Sequence record: PQ871103.1
Direction: 5' to 3' (one strand)
DNA: 64,000 nt
Source: Escherichia phage vB_Eco_ZCEC15
A model generated the notes under the pieces. It ran no database searches, was not told the DNA's origin, and saw nothing but the letters and a program-made list of their open reading frames with translations. Below, one piece after another: positions 18,615 to 28,946 of this stretch. The position numbers and the translations under genes were made by a program. Each line of letters starts with the position of its first letter. Position 1 is the first letter of the stretch.

Positions 18615-18632
18615 AAAGGGCCGAAGCCCTTT
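18615..18632 (-). repeat. UUCG-tetraloop hairpin (aaagggccgaagcccttt) at a-gt stop codon
   Basis: Inverted repeat with cgaa loop. Confidence 0.5.
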
Positions 18633-19833
18633 ATTTTGTAATAATGTCAAACTGTTCTTTAAAGCAGAAGCTTGAATCTTGATGCTGATACAAAAATTCA
18701 TAAGCTTTTTCGCGTTCACGGTCATAAAGATTTCGGTCAGATGACAGTTCTTTAATACGCTCAAATGTTGATTCCATGTCATTTTCATCAAACCAAACGA
18801 TACCGCTATCATGAGAAATTAACGGAGTATTATCAACACGGAATTTTAAATTTTCGCCAGTAGATTTCCAAAATACTGGAATTGTTCCACACGCACCAAG
18901 CTCGAGATGAGTATATTCTAAAGAACGTTGTAGATATTTTTTATCCAACTTACTCAACTGATAACCAAAACCGGATTTACTCATGCGTTCAAGCATTTCG
19001 CTATTTACATAACGATCAAGAATTTGCGTTGGCAAATTAGGAGCAATTTTAATTTGGTCTACTTGATGAAGACGATAATACTCGTATGGAATTCCTTTTT
19101 CTTTAATAGGAATGAACGCTGGAGAACGTTCCAGACCTTCCATAATAGTACTTAGTCCTGCAGGTTTAAGATGTTTTTCGTGAAAATCAAACATCTGATA
19201 AAAACCTTTCCATGTAGTCGTACGACCAATCCAACGGTTAACATTCATGTTAATTTCAGAAACATCTTTCCAGTAGGTTGACCGAACCTTCGCAATATCC
19301 ATAGGAGGCTGAAAGTTATATACTGTCGGTGCTTCTTCAATATCATCAAACAGAGAAACAGTTTCTGGATACCATTCTTTCATCAGAACTTTATTAAAAT
19401 CACCATTATCAGAATGACTAAAAATAACATCAGCTCGACGAACAGTTTCTTCTAATCCCAAATTTCGACGCAAAGAAAGAGAAGAATGGTCATGTTGATA
19501 AACTACAACACGAACAGAAGGTTTAATGTTATCAATAATTTTTTTATAGTTATTAATAGTGTCTTCTTCAACCGAAGTAGCAGGAACTGAATTGATAATT
19601 AGAATATCACAATCATTTACCAGCTTAAGTGTTTTATCATATTCTTTTGCCAATAAAACCGGAATTGAAAATGATTTATAATCATGCGCGCAATTACGAG
19701 TAAATGATTTATCTTTAGCATAAACCAAAGTTACTTCATGACCATTCTTAATAAACCAATCACGTTGCTCAAGAGAAAATTTAGTTACACCACAACCTTC
19801 AAGACCTCGAGCCATAAAAATACATACTTTCAT
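18631..19833 (-). CDS. a-gt: alpha-glucosyltransferase (a-gt), 400 aa
   Basis: N-terminus and length match T4 alpha-gt. Confidence 0.95.
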   Translation of the reverse strand: MKVCIFMARGLEGCGVTKFSLEQRDWFIKNGHEVTLVYAKDKSFTRNCAHDYKSFSIPVLLAKEYDKTLKLVNDCDILIINSVPATSVEEDTINNYKKIIDNIKPSVRVVVYQHDHSSLSLRRNLGLEETVRRADVIFSHSDNGDFNKVLMKEWYPETVSLFDDIEEAPTVYNFQPPMDIAKVRSTYWKDVSEINMNVNRWIGRTTTWKGFYQMFDFHEKHLKPAGLSTIMEGLERSPAFIPIKEKGIPYEYYRLHQVDQIKIAPNLPTQILDRYVNSEMLERMSKSGFGYQLSKLDKKYLQRSLEYTHLELGACGTIPVFWKSTGENLKFRVDNTPLISHDSGIVWFDENDMESTFERIKELSSDRNLYDREREKAYEFLYQHQDSSFCFKEQFDIITK

Positions 19834-19883
19834 TTAATATCCTCTTTGTTTTGGTTTATTTTACCAAAAATTTATAAAGCAAT

Positions 19884-19903
19884 ATAGGAGCCGAAGCTCC
19901 TAT
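19884..19903 (-). repeat. hairpin ataggagc-cgaa-gctcctat upstream of a-gt
   Basis: 8-bp inverted repeat with cgaa loop. Confidence 0.45.
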
Positions 19904-20076
19904 CCACATAATACGCCATACAGAGGCTCGTTAGAACTTTTAAATTTTATGCGCTTATATTTTATAGTTCCTTCTGCTTTAGCTTTATCATGAGACGCTT
20001 TAAAGAGTCTCATCATTTCCTCTTTAGAGGAACGAATTTTATTATAATCTATTTCAGAAGTCTGGGTGTTCATCTT

Positions 20077-20283
20077 TCATAACTGCCACCATTTTTTGAC
20101 TTGATAAGAATCAACCCACACTTTCATATTAGGGTCTGCTCTTACAATAGGAGGATTAACTTCTTTAATTGAACTATCATGGTATTCTTTTTCAGAAATT
20201 TTCACACAAAGATGACCATTCAAAGATTCAGTAAATCCTGCATTAATTTTAAGACGCTTGAATTTTACGTGTGTAAGCATCAA
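20077..20283 (-). CDS. hypothetical protein, 68 aa
   Basis: ORF track. Confidence 0.5.
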   Translation of the reverse strand: MMLTHVKFKRLKINAGFTESLNGHLCVKISEKEYHDSSIKEVNPPIVRADPNMKVWVDSYQVKKWWQL

Positions 20284-20566
20284 TCATATCCTCAATTTGC
20301 GATCTAGTAGTCTTCCAAAGAATACTGATGAGTTCATCGTTATATGGCTGTTTTAGAATATCCCGACTTTTCTTGATAGCATATTCGTATTGAGCAAAAT
20401 TATTGTTTTCAGCTGCAATCTGAGCGTGCTTATAAAGACGGTTCAGTTCGCGTTTGTTTTTAGACAATAACTTATTTGCTTTTCTTTCTGCTTCAAGACG
20501 GTTCTTTTCTTCAATAGAAGAAATAAGCTTTTCCACTTCATCATTAATTTCGGGTTTATCAGTCAT
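20249..20566 (-). CDS. hypothetical protein, 105 aa
   Basis: ORF track. Confidence 0.55.
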   Translation of the reverse strand: MTDKPEINDEVEKLISSIEEKNRLEAERKANKLLSKNKRELNRLYKHAQIAAENNNFAQYEYAIKKSRDILKQPYNDELISILWKTTRSQIEDMIDAYTRKIQAS

Positions 20567-20567
20567 A

Positions 20568-20786
20568 TTATTTCTCTAATATAAAATAAAAATCATCATC
20601 TGTTAAATGATACCGATAGTTTAATTCTACGCCATTAGATTTAAAAGCGGTATCATACGGATTTTCTGGATCAATATCAATGTCAAGAGCTAAAACTTCC
20701 CTGAGATACATTTTAAGTAAATAGGGAATAGCTTCAACTTCAGGTATTTCTTCCAAGAATCCGGAGAGGTTAATCGTTAGCCTCAT
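20568..20786 (-). CDS. hypothetical protein, 72 aa
   Basis: ORF track. Confidence 0.55.
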
Positions 20787-21333
20787 ATAAAAAATCCAAA
20801 CTAGGAGAATCGTCTACAACACTTTTCTTTTCAGCCCCCGGTGTTCTATAGGTTGATTCTTCGTAATGCGTCATTTTATCGTAGATGTCTTGAATAAAAG
20901 TTTCATCTACTAACGCAACCATATCGTCGTCACGACTGTCATAGACATTGTGAACGAAGTAACTGTATTTCTTTGCAACTTCCTTACGTTCTTTTTTAAT
21001 ACGTTGGACGAATGCATTAAAACAAGCTTGAGTTATATATGCATGCGGGTTTTTATATTTCGTTTCATCAAAATTATGAAGCCCCTTAATAGAAGCTTCT
21101 ATACCATCTGCAATCATTTCTTGTTTCCAGGATTGGGTGTATCCTGAAAAGTTGAAACGTTTAGATAAGCCTTCTGCAATAAGCATAATGGCTAATCCGA
21201 TAGTATCATTCTGACGAACTACTTTATTTGGGTCTTTATTATTTGCTAATTCTGTTTTCCAATCAATAATAGCTTGTAAAAGCTCTTTATTGTTTACGTA
21301 ATTATATTTAGGCTTAGTTTCTGACATTTTCAC
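20770..21333 (-). CDS. 55: late-transcription sigma factor gp55 (likely 185 aa from Met3)
   Basis: Sequence from [10 protein letters not shown] onward matches T4 gp55. Confidence 0.95.
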
Positions 21334-21405
21334 CTCTTAGCTCAATTCATAGATCTATTATATCATAATATTTGAAGATCTATCTTAAAGCATAGAGGAT
21401 ATCAG

Positions 21406-21675
21406 TTATCTAAGTAAGCAGTATGCCTGGAACACTTTCTCCATCATCTTTTTAAATTCATGAATATCTATATAATGACTAGTTAAATCAGCATGATATA
21501 AAAAGTCTAAAAACTTTTCATGTGTGCTAGCATATTCACTTTCATTTAATTCAGAAACATGGCTTTCCCAATATCCAACACCAGTCTTATTTGGGAAAAA
21601 TGAAATTTTCATGTATTGATCAACATAGAAAATGCCATAATTTTCAATAGTAATAGAAATATTAATAAATTTCAT
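21406..21675 (-). CDS. hypothetical protein, 89 aa (55.x)
   Basis: ORF track. Confidence 0.55.
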   Translation of the reverse strand: MKFINISITIENYGIFYVDQYMKISFFPNKTGVGYWESHVSELNESEYASTHEKFLDFLYHADLTSHYIDIHEFKKMMEKVFQAYCLLR

Positions 21676-21893
21676 GCATTCATCAACTTAGCCGCTTCAA
21701 GAGCTGCATCTAGTGAATCAAACTGGTCAACGTATTCAATCAATTCGCCATAATTAGCGTATAACCACCATTGGCTAAATTCATACTCAAGGATGAATCC
21801 ATTTCCTTCAATTTGAGTTAAACCAATGCCGTTTGTATTTACTTCATATCCGGCAAGACGCAAATCGTTAATAAGAGCTTCGTTCATATTCAT
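21672..21893 (-). CDS. hypothetical protein, 73 aa (55.x)
   Basis: ORF track. Confidence 0.55.
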   Translation of the reverse strand: MNMNEALINDLRLAGYEVNTNGIGLTQIEGNGFILEYEFSQWWLYANYGELIEYVDQFDSLDAALEAAKLMNA

Positions 21894-21911
21894 ACCTTAG
21901 CAATTTTCAGG

Positions 21912-22217
21912 TCAGCAAATTTTTTTCTTGCGTTGATTTTTCATACGACGAATAGTTTTATCGGAAATTTCATGCTTTTGATAAGCTTTAGATTCTACAC
22001 CAAAAGCTTTAACATCAAATTCTGACAAGATATATTGAACCAACAATTCGCGGACAGTATTGCGTCCAATCTTCTGATCGTTTTGTTTCATCGTCTGATG
22101 AAGCTCTTTTTCCCATTTATCCAAAATTTGAGGAGTTACAATATCGCCTTTTTCTAGCAAAGAAACCACTTTATCATATGCGTAAGAATTGATGGCGTTT
22201 TTAATTTGAATAGTCAT
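21912..22217 (-). CDS. hypothetical protein, 101 aa (55.x)
   Basis: ORF track. Confidence 0.55.
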   Translation of the reverse strand: MTIQIKNAINSYAYDKVVSLLEKGDIVTPQILDKWEKELHQTMKQNDQKIGRNTVRELLVQYILSEFDVKAFGVESKAYQKHEISDKTIRRMKNQRKKKIC

Positions 22218-22255
22218 ACATTATCCTCAATTGCGTTAAAATTTTATTATCCAAA

Positions 22256-22271
22256 AAGGGCCGAAGCCCTT
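22256..22271 (-). repeat. UUCG-tetraloop hairpin (aagggccgaagccctt)
   Basis: Inverted repeat with cgaa loop right after stop of 22270..22470 ORF. Confidence 0.5.
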
Positions 22272-22470
22272 AGCTAAACTGTTTGGCGCCCTTCCAGCCT
22301 TCGTACATCATTGCGGCTGATATTAATATTGCTCCTGAGCAACTTGAATATTTGTGATTCCAAAACCAGTTTAGAAAAACTTCGTCATCAATACCTTGAG
22401 CTATCATATTTTCAAAGAACTGACGACGAGCTTCAGCAATTCGTTGCGATAATTTAGATTCAGGATTCAT
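22270..22470 (-). CDS. hypothetical protein, 66 aa
   Basis: ORF track. Confidence 0.5.
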   Translation of the reverse strand: MNPESKLSQRIAEARRQFFENMIAQGIDDEVFLNWFWNHKYSSCSGAILISAAMMYEGWKGAKQFS

Positions 22471-22686
22471 TTAAATTTTCCAGTTACCATTTTCATCAAT
22501 AAATTTAATCCAGTCATTTACTGACCACTTGGTCGTATCGCCTTTTGGAGCAACATTTAAAGTGTATAATCCTTGTTTAAAAAGCATGCGTTTGATATTC
22601 ATATTTTCCTCAGCTGTAACGATAGCACTCGTTTGATTTACGCTTAGCAACTCGTTGAGAAGTATTGTAATCAAAATCATCGTCAA
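22471..22686 (-). CDS. hypothetical protein, 71 aa
   Basis: ORF track. Confidence 0.5.
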   Translation of the reverse strand: MTMILITILLNELLSVNQTSAIVTAEENMNIKRMLFKQGLYTLNVAPKGDTTKWSVNDWIKFIDENGNWKI

Positions 22687-22948
22687 TGTAAACTGATTTT
22701 TTCAACTTTCTTACTTCACCACGTAATTGGCGATTTAACTCATCTTTAACTTCTGAATCAATGCCTTTCATTCTACGCCATTTATCAGAGCGAAAAATGT
22801 TTTCGACCATATCTTTATGACTTACACCATCAGGAGCTTTACGCTTTCCAAAATAGTCATAATCACGCACTTTTAAATCTTTACGACGATACGTTTTACC
22901 CATGGAGTTTAATTTCCTTAGCAACTGAACTAAATACAGCACGATCAC
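22610..22948 (-). CDS. basic hypothetical protein (true start probably internal Met at about 22903, 97 aa)
   Basis: ORF track; overlap with neighbour suggests internal start with AGGAA SD. Confidence 0.45.
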   Translation of the reverse strand: MIVLYLVQLLRKLNSMGKTYRRKDLKVRDYDYFGKRKAPDGVSHKDMVENIFRSDKWRRMKGIDSEVKDELNRQLRGEVRKLKKSVYIDDDFDYNTSQRVAKRKSNECYRYS

Positions 22949-23078
22949 AAATCATCTGTTTATGTAACTTGAGTATAAGATAATAAACTTCAAAGCCGTT
23001 TACATAAGTAACACGAACAACATTACCATTAATAAAATAATACTGTCCCTTTTTAATTTCTTTATCAACCACAACCAT
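22896..23078 (-). CDS. hypothetical protein, 60 aa
   Basis: ORF track; early promoter upstream. Confidence 0.45.
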   Translation of the reverse strand: MVVVDKEIKKGQYYFINGNVVRVTYVNGFEVYYLILKLHKQMICDRAVFSSVAKEIKLHG

Positions 23079-23108
23079 ATCAATTCCTCAAAGGCAATTC
23101 ATGTGTTA

Positions 23109-23137
23109 ATAATACCACAGTTTGAACTTCTTGTAAA
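23109..23137 (-). promoter_or_regulatory. early promoter (TTTACA-17-TATTAT with TGG extension, minus strand)
   Basis: GTTTAC and TGGTATTAT read on minus strand. Confidence 0.5.
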
Positions 23138-23216
23138 CAACTTTGTGAAAATTATTTTAGGGAATGATAAGAAGGGAACGATAGTTAGAATGGTAATATA
23201 CAGAATGTGAGAAAGA

Positions 23217-23234
23217 AAGGCCCAGAGGGCCCAT
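23217..23234 (-). terminator. hairpin ggccc-aga-gggcc downstream of nrdH
   Basis: GC-rich inverted repeat immediately after nrdH stop. Confidence 0.4.
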
Positions 23235-23235
23235 C

Positions 23236-23544
23236 TTAGTCTTCTATGATATCTCTATCATATCCAAGTGAAATGAGAGTTTCTTTGAAGTGTTTAATGT
23301 TCTTTTGTCTAGAATCATTGATGAAAATGACTGGATAACGAATGTTAAGAGATGTGAATCCAGCGCGTTTAGCAAGAGATACAATCAGTGGACGATCATA
23401 CTCAATCTTACCATTATTTGTAAGAACTTTATAGAAAGTAAAAGGAGCATTGAGCTCCTTTAGAAGTTTTGTAACTGATTGACATCCAGGACAACGACCT
23501 ACTTCATCTGGAATTCCATAGACTTCAATCTTGTTTTGTTTCAC
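23236..23544 (-). CDS. nrdH: NrdH glutaredoxin-like protein, 102 aa
   Basis: CPGC redox motif; position upstream of nrdG/nrdD. Confidence 0.8.
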   Translation of the reverse strand: MKQNKIEVYGIPDEVGRCPGCQSVTKLLKELNAPFTFYKVLTNNGKIEYDRPLIVSLAKRAGFTSLNIRYPVIFINDSRQKNIKHFKETLISLGYDRDIIED

Positions 23545-23546
23545 AA

Positions 23547-23759
23547 CTATTCCTTACTAAGAGCAGCATTCAGCTTATTAGTAATTTTATCCAGACGCTC
23601 ATTGAACTCGCTAGAAGATAGTCCTTTTTCTGGAGAAATTAAGCTAATCACGAAAAATATAGCAATAAAAGGAATAAGAAAAATAGCACCAACTGCCATA
23701 AACAAAAAGAACGTTACAGTTGTAAGAAAATCAGCTAAACCTTTACGAAATTTATACAT
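23547..23759 (-). CDS. small membrane protein, 70 aa
   Basis: Long hydrophobic segment. Confidence 0.55.
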   Translation of the reverse strand: MYKFRKGLADFLTTVTFFLFMAVGAIFLIPFIAIFFVISLISPEKGLSSSEFNERLDKITNKLNAALSKE

Positions 23760-23874
23760 ATTTTACCCTTAATTGATTAACCAAGCATTGATAAGCACTA
23801 AACTATATTGTGAATAAAATTCTGGACCAAAATGAAAAATCATATCATTTATAGTGTCCATAATATAATTCAAT

Positions 23875-24345
23875 TTAATCATGTTTCCACACCCCATCGG
23901 TATTTGACCAAAGTCGCTGATTATCTGATCCTCGCCACAGCTTTTTGGTCGGAAGATTTTTCTCATACTTCCCATCAATAATAACATCAACATATTTAAG
24001 CATTTCTAGTTGTTTAATATCCTCAAACTTATATCCTGTCCACAACCAAATGCTTTTATTTGGATAAAGATTTTTTACTGTTTGAACAATGCAATGAATA
24101 ACATCTCGGTTATCAGGATAGAGAGGGTCTCCTCCAGTTATAGTCAATCCTTCTATATAATCATTATTCAAACATTCAATTAATTGTTCCAGTGTTTCAC
24201 CAGTGAATGGAACGCCATTTCTAGCATTCCATGTTGATTTATTATAACACCCTTCGCATTTATGCAAACAACCTGTAACGAAAAGAACGACCCTGCATCC
24301 AGGGCCATTCACAAAATCACAAGGATAAAATCTATCATAATTCAT
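23875..24345 (-). CDS. nrdG: anaerobic RNR activating enzyme NrdG (radical SAM), 156 aa
   Basis: Cys cluster CLHKCEGC; adjacent to nrdD. Confidence 0.9.
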   Translation of the reverse strand: MNYDRFYPCDFVNGPGCRVVLFVTGCLHKCEGCYNKSTWNARNGVPFTGETLEQLIECLNNDYIEGLTITGGDPLYPDNRDVIHCIVQTVKNLYPNKSIWLWTGYKFEDIKQLEMLKYVDVIIDGKYEKNLPTKKLWRGSDNQRLWSNTDGVWKHD

Positions 24346-26159
24346 TGGTGTTTAACCCTATGCATGATTTCTTTATTTTTTCCAAGATTAAATCCGCGTT
24401 CATTCGGATTTCCCAAATAGCCACAAGTTCTTCTTATTGTGTTCATCTTTTTAGGATCAGTTTCTCCACAAATAGAACAAACAAACCCGTTTTCAGTAGG
24501 AGTCATTTCATGGGTACTTCCGCATGTAAAACATTTATCTACTGGCATATTAACACCAAAATAATCTAAATGTTGTGCAGCATAATCCCATACAGCCTCA
24601 AGACCTTTTAGGTTATTTTTCATATCAGGAAGTTCAACATAAGAAATGTGACCACCTGTCGCAATGAAATGATATGGGGCTTCGCGAGAAATCTTTTCAA
24701 ACGGAGTAATATTTTCTTCTACTGAAACATGGAAACTATTAGTGTACCAGCCTTTATCAGTAACATCCTTTACACTTCCATATTTCTCAGTATCAAGTTT
24801 ACAGAAGCGATAGCACAGGTTTTCAGCAGGAGTAGAATACAAGCTAAAAGCAAAACCGGTTCTTTCAGTCCACTGCTTAAGACGAGCATTCATTTTAGTT
24901 AAAATTTCCTGTCCAATATCACGACCGACAAGAATATTCAATTCGTGAATACCAATGTATCCTAAGGACACTGAACTTCTACCGTTTTTAAATAACTCAA
25001 TTATGTCGTCATCAGGTTTAAGACGAACCCCAAATGCACCTTCTTGGTAAAGAATAGGAGCAACAGTCGCTTTAACTCCTTTTAAGGAACTAATTCTACA
25101 CATCAAAGCTTCAAAACACAAATCCATTCGTTCATTGAACAATTCAGCAAATTTCTGTTCATTGAACTGTGTTCCAATATAAGAATCTAACGCAATGCGA
25201 GGAAGATTCAGTGTTACAACGCCAAGATTATTACGTCCATCAAGAATTTCATTACCAGTCGAATCTTTCCATACGCTCAAGAAACTACGGCAACCCATTG
25301 GAGAAACAGGAATAGATGAGCCGGTGATAACTTTATTGTTCTTAGCTGAAATAATATCAGGATACATTCTTTTGCTTGCACACTCTAAAGCAAGCTGCTT
25401 AATATCATAGTTCGGATCGTCCTTATAAAGATTAACACCTTCTTCAACGAACATAACAAGTTTAGGGAAAATAGGAGTTATCCCATCACGGCCAAGGCCT
25501 TTAATACGATTTTTCAGAATTGCTTTCTGAATCATTCGTTCAGTCCAGTCAGTTCCCGTACCAAATGTAATTGTTACAAAAGGCGTTTGTCCGTTTGAAC
25601 TAAAGAGAGTATTTACTTCATATTCATAAGCTTGGAATGCATCGTATACGTCTTTTTCTGTTTTAGATTGGGCATAATTCAATGCATCGGCGATTTGCCA
25701 TTTTTCTGCATCCTCAATATGTTTTGCATAGGTGCGTTTAACATATGGAGAAAGTACTTTATCTACATTCGCAAAAGTCGTTCCGCCATATTGATGAGAA
25801 GCAACCTGTGCAGTAATTTGTGCCATAATTGCAGTAGCAACGCCGATTGATTTAGGAGTTTCAATCTGCGCATTACCGAGCTTAAATCCGTTCTCAAGCA
25901 TTCCTTTTAAATCTACTAAACAGCAATTAGTAAATGGAAGAGCAGGGGAATAATCAATATCGTGGAAATGGATAATTCCGCTTTCATGCGCTTTCATAAT
26001 AAAAGACGGGACCATATTTTTGGCAATGTGTTTAGACACAATACCAGCCATAAGGTCCCGTTGAGTTGGAAAAACACGAGAATCTTTATTAGCATTCTCG
26101 TTCAAAAGGTCTTTATTAGTTTTATGAATCAATCCTTCAATTTCTTTTTCAATCGTCAT
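24342..26159 (-). CDS. nrdD: anaerobic ribonucleoside-triphosphate reductase NrdD, 605 aa, uninterrupted
   Basis: C-terminal glycyl-radical motif RTCGYLG and zinc ribbon; single continuous ORF. Confidence 0.95.
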   Translation of the reverse strand: MTIEKEIEGLIHKTNKDLLNENANKDSRVFPTQRDLMAGIVSKHIAKNMVPSFIMKAHESGIIHFHDIDYSPALPFTNCCLVDLKGMLENGFKLGNAQIETPKSIGVATAIMAQITAQVASHQYGGTTFANVDKVLSPYVKRTYAKHIEDAEKWQIADALNYAQSKTEKDVYDAFQAYEYEVNTLFSSNGQTPFVTITFGTGTDWTERMIQKAILKNRIKGLGRDGITPIFPKLVMFVEEGVNLYKDDPNYDIKQLALECASKRMYPDIISAKNNKVITGSSIPVSPMGCRSFLSVWKDSTGNEILDGRNNLGVVTLNLPRIALDSYIGTQFNEQKFAELFNERMDLCFEALMCRISSLKGVKATVAPILYQEGAFGVRLKPDDDIIELFKNGRSSVSLGYIGIHELNILVGRDIGQEILTKMNARLKQWTERTGFAFSLYSTPAENLCYRFCKLDTEKYGSVKDVTDKGWYTNSFHVSVEENITPFEKISREAPYHFIATGGHISYVELPDMKNNLKGLEAVWDYAAQHLDYFGVNMPVDKCFTCGSTHEMTPTENGFVCSICGETDPKKMNTIRRTCGYLGNPNERGFNLGKNKEIMHRVKHQ

Positions 26160-26629
26160 TTTAAACTCTTTCTAAGCTGCTTCTTAAATGAAGCTATTAA
26201 TTGTGTTTTAGTGTCAGATTCATTATATTCAAATCCTCTTTGAAGCATCTCAGCCATCATTTCCTCTTTTCCTAAACGAGAAAATTCCTTTGATTTATCT
26301 CCAACGAAGTTAGGGTGAATATTATTTTGGGTGTAATCGGATTTTAAATAAGTAAGTAAATTTTCTAACCATTCAAGATAATCAACGCCTTGCCCCTTTA
26401 AGCCAGAACGATTAAATTTGTGTTTCATTTGACCTTCCGCTGCATTGCAGAGATTACAGAGCAATCCACGTACCTTTCCTGCTTTTGGTCCATTTAATTC
26501 ATGGTCATGGTCAAGGTGATTAGCTTGAACATCAGGATTTAGTTCTCGTTGGCAAATTAAGCATTTACCGTTTTGTGCGTTATAAAATTTCTGTTTTTCT
26601 TCTTTGTATAATTTGCCAGTCAATAACAT
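26156..26629 (-). CDS. 49: endonuclease VII gp49 (Holliday junction resolvase), 157 aa
   Basis: Sequence and length match T4 Endo VII. Confidence 0.95.
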   Translation of the reverse strand: MLLTGKLYKEEKQKFYNAQNGKCLICQRELNPDVQANHLDHDHELNGPKAGKVRGLLCNLCNAAEGQMKHKFNRSGLKGQGVDYLEWLENLLTYLKSDYTQNNIHPNFVGDKSKEFSRLGKEEMMAEMLQRGFEYNESDTKTQLIASFKKQLRKSLK

Positions 26630-26847
26630 AATAAAATCCTTACCTTGAATAGATAAGGATATTTATTATTTTCAAGTATTGTAAAACATTCGATGCAATC
26701 GCTTATATTGTCGAATCATCTTTTTAGTAGGACGAGAATAAGTTCCTACACAAGTGGTCATATTAGGGTCAGTAGGACTTCCTTTAATAAAAAGTTTCCA
26801 GACTTTACCACCATTTAGCTTTTCAGTATAAATCAATTCAGTTTTCA

Positions 26848-27312
26848 TTAGAATGGCCTATCAGAAAAAGAAATTTGAGTTTCAAGCCATTCAATGTATT
26901 CTGCCGCAGCTTGCATCAAATTTCCTTCATAACCATCGTTATTTTCTTGTGCAGCTAATTTAGCTAATGCGTATGAAATGCGTTCACCTTGAAAAGCGGC
27001 TTTAGGTTTATGAATAACTTGATCAACTCGTTCTACAACTTCTTCAATTTCGCCATTTTCCGCTGATTCAGTATTCCACAAGCACCAATACGTAATTGGC
27101 TTATCATAGATGTTAATAATCTTTCCATTAGAAAGTTCAATTTCAATAATTCCAGTATCAGGTTCTATATCATCTTCGCATTCTTTTGCAAGTTCACGAA
27201 CTTTAAAGACAGTACCTGCACTAAGTTCCGGCCAGTAATTACACAGCCCTTTATCAGCACGATTAATTCTAAACCACTTATCTACTGCAATCATGTCCCA
27301 TCTCCATATCAA
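26848..27312 (-). CDS. hypothetical protein, 154 aa (pin/49.x region)
   Basis: ORF track. Confidence 0.55.
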   Translation of the reverse strand: MIWRWDMIAVDKWFRINRADKGLCNYWPELSAGTVFKVRELAKECEDDIEPDTGIIEIELSNGKIINIYDKPITYWCLWNTESAENGEIEEVVERVDQVIHKPKAAFQGERISYALAKLAAQENNDGYEGNLMQAAAEYIEWLETQISFSDRPF

Positions 27313-27417
27313 TTAAGTCGTTTATCGTCGGTTCATTATATACTGTTTCTTCATCAGTGTAAACCGGTTCTTCCGGCTCTGGCTCTACTGTTTCCCATCT
27401 AGCCGCCCACCAAGGTT

Positions 27418-27738
27418 TTATAGCGTAATCCATTCTCGTACTGTCTGAGTTACTACACGTTCACGGGGCTCGACTAGTTCAACAGTCGGAACTGCATAAT
27501 ACCAGTCAGAATGATAAGAACCTGAGCGAGATTCATTTACGGAAACATGTACATTGTGTTTTGGACTAAAATAAACACACTGACGATATTGGCATTTACC
27601 ATCTTGCACCCAGTCTTCTATTTCGATAGGTTTAAGATAATCCGAAAAATCGAAATCATAATTTTCTGAAAATGCATCATGGTCTTCGATGATTTCACTC
27701 AGAACTGCATCAACATCTAATTTATTTTCAATATTCAT
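27418..27738 (-). CDS. hypothetical protein, 106 aa
   Basis: ORF track. Confidence 0.55.
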   Translation of the reverse strand: MNIENKLDVDAVLSEIIEDHDAFSENYDFDFSDYLKPIEIEDWVQDGKCQYRQCVYFSPKHNVHVSVNESRSGSYHSDWYYAVPTVELVEPRERVVTQTVREWITL

Positions 27739-27748
27739 TTTTCACCAA

Positions 27749-28138
27749 TTAATTTCGCAATTTATTAAGTTCTTCATAATCAATCCAGGATTCTAGTCCT
27801 GATGGCAAATCAGATTCAATTTCCCAAAGAAGTTCTTCAATTTTCTGAAGACGATCTAATTCTTCAGCAGGAATAGTAACCATTGACGGAGTTCTTGATA
27901 CGCTAATATCGTAAATCATATTTACCCCCAGTTTGACCATACAATCGCCATATTTCCATTTAGAAATAGACTTTTCACCATTAGAATAATAAACTTCAAG
28001 TTTAGCACGATTATTTTTAATTTGAATAACCTTTGCTGTCATCAAAGTTCCATACCCATAATAAACTGTAACCTCATCACCTACATATACCGCGCTTCCG
28101 CGGTAGTCATGGATATAATCAGTTCCTTCGAGCATCAT
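27749..28138 (-). CDS. hypothetical protein, 129 aa
   Basis: ORF track. Confidence 0.55.
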   Translation of the reverse strand: MMLEGTDYIHDYRGSAVYVGDEVTVYYGYGTLMTAKVIQIKNNRAKLEVYYSNGEKSISKWKYGDCMVKLGVNMIYDISVSRTPSMVTIPAEELDRLQKIEELLWEIESDLPSGLESWIDYEELNKLRN

Positions 28139-28398
28139 TTAAAGTATTCCCGCAATTGGTCAAATCCACCAATATGACTTCCATCAGGAGCAAATACTTG
28201 CGGCATTGTCAAACCAATTTGAGTATCACGACCTAGTTTCGTCAGAAGCTCAGCGATTTTCTCATCATCAAAAACACCTTTTTCCGGCATAATGTTGATA
28301 AATTCAAACGGCTGTTTCTTCACAGTCAAAAGACGTTTTGCATTATCACAATACACGCATTTATGGATACTGCTATCATAACCATATACTTTAAACAT
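28135..28398 (-). CDS. nrdC: NrdC thioredoxin/glutaredoxin, 87 aa
   Basis: CVYC active site; matches T4 NrdC. Confidence 0.9.
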   Translation of the reverse strand: MFKVYGYDSSIHKCVYCDNAKRLLTVKKQPFEFINIMPEKGVFDDEKIAELLTKLGRDTQIGLTMPQVFAPDGSHIGGFDQLREYFK

Positions 28399-28399
28399 A

Positions 28400-28657
28400 T
28401 TATTCCTTAATTCCTAGTACTTGTTTAAAAGTCTCGTCGTAATCAAGACTTTGGCCAGTTTGTTCTTTATGTTTGTATATAATATCACTTACTTCTGATA
28501 GCATATTTTTATATGAACGAGTTAAAGCAGATTTAAGCACGCTGTATCTATCAGGAAATTTACCATGTTCATAATAATAAGCTATTGCTAATTCGCGGAC
28601 TGCCATTTCAGCAGTCTTCATATATTCTTTACGCTTGGACATTTTCTTCTCTCTCAA
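28400..28657 (-). CDS. hypothetical protein, 85 aa (nrdC.1 position)
   Basis: ORF track. Confidence 0.55.
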   Translation of the reverse strand: MREKKMSKRKEYMKTAEMAVRELAIAYYYEHGKFPDRYSVLKSALTRSYKNMLSEVSDIIYKHKEQTGQSLDYDETFKQVLGIKE

Positions 28658-28946
28658 ATCGGTGTTTACAATGACGACATTTATAACGAAGATTACTAGT
28701 CTGCCAATGAACTAATTGTACCTGTTCAGTACCGCATTCAGGACAATTAGGAACGCTTTTAGAAGCCCTTTCGCGACGTTCAACCATAGCCATAATGGCA
28801 TCCCAAGCTGGAGGTTTAAAATCTAAATCATCGCAACCATGAATCTTTCCACGCATTTCCAGATCGTCTTCTTCACCAGCCATAATAATTTTAATTAGAC
28901 TGGAATTACTTGAAGCTGCAATATCTTCTAATAAGCGCTTTTTCAT
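28629..28946 (-). CDS. zinc-ribbon protein, 105 aa
   Basis: CPECG...CRHCKH four-Cys motif. Confidence 0.55.
   Translation of the reverse strand: MKKRLLEDIAASSNSSLIKIIMAGEEDDLEMRGKIHGCDDLDFKPPAWDAIMAMVERRERASKSVPNCPECGTEQVQLVHWQTSNLRYKCRHCKHRFEREENVQA

Noticed and set aside
18591-18812. 73-aa track ORF at the 3' end of a-gt
   Set aside because: It overlaps the a-gt coding region in another frame; the 46-aa ORF at 18451-18591 fits the intergenic space better.
23769-23993. 74-aa ORF overlapping the 3' end of nrdG
   Set aside because: It overlaps nrdG by about 120 nt in another frame; at most a shorter product from an internal Met could be real.
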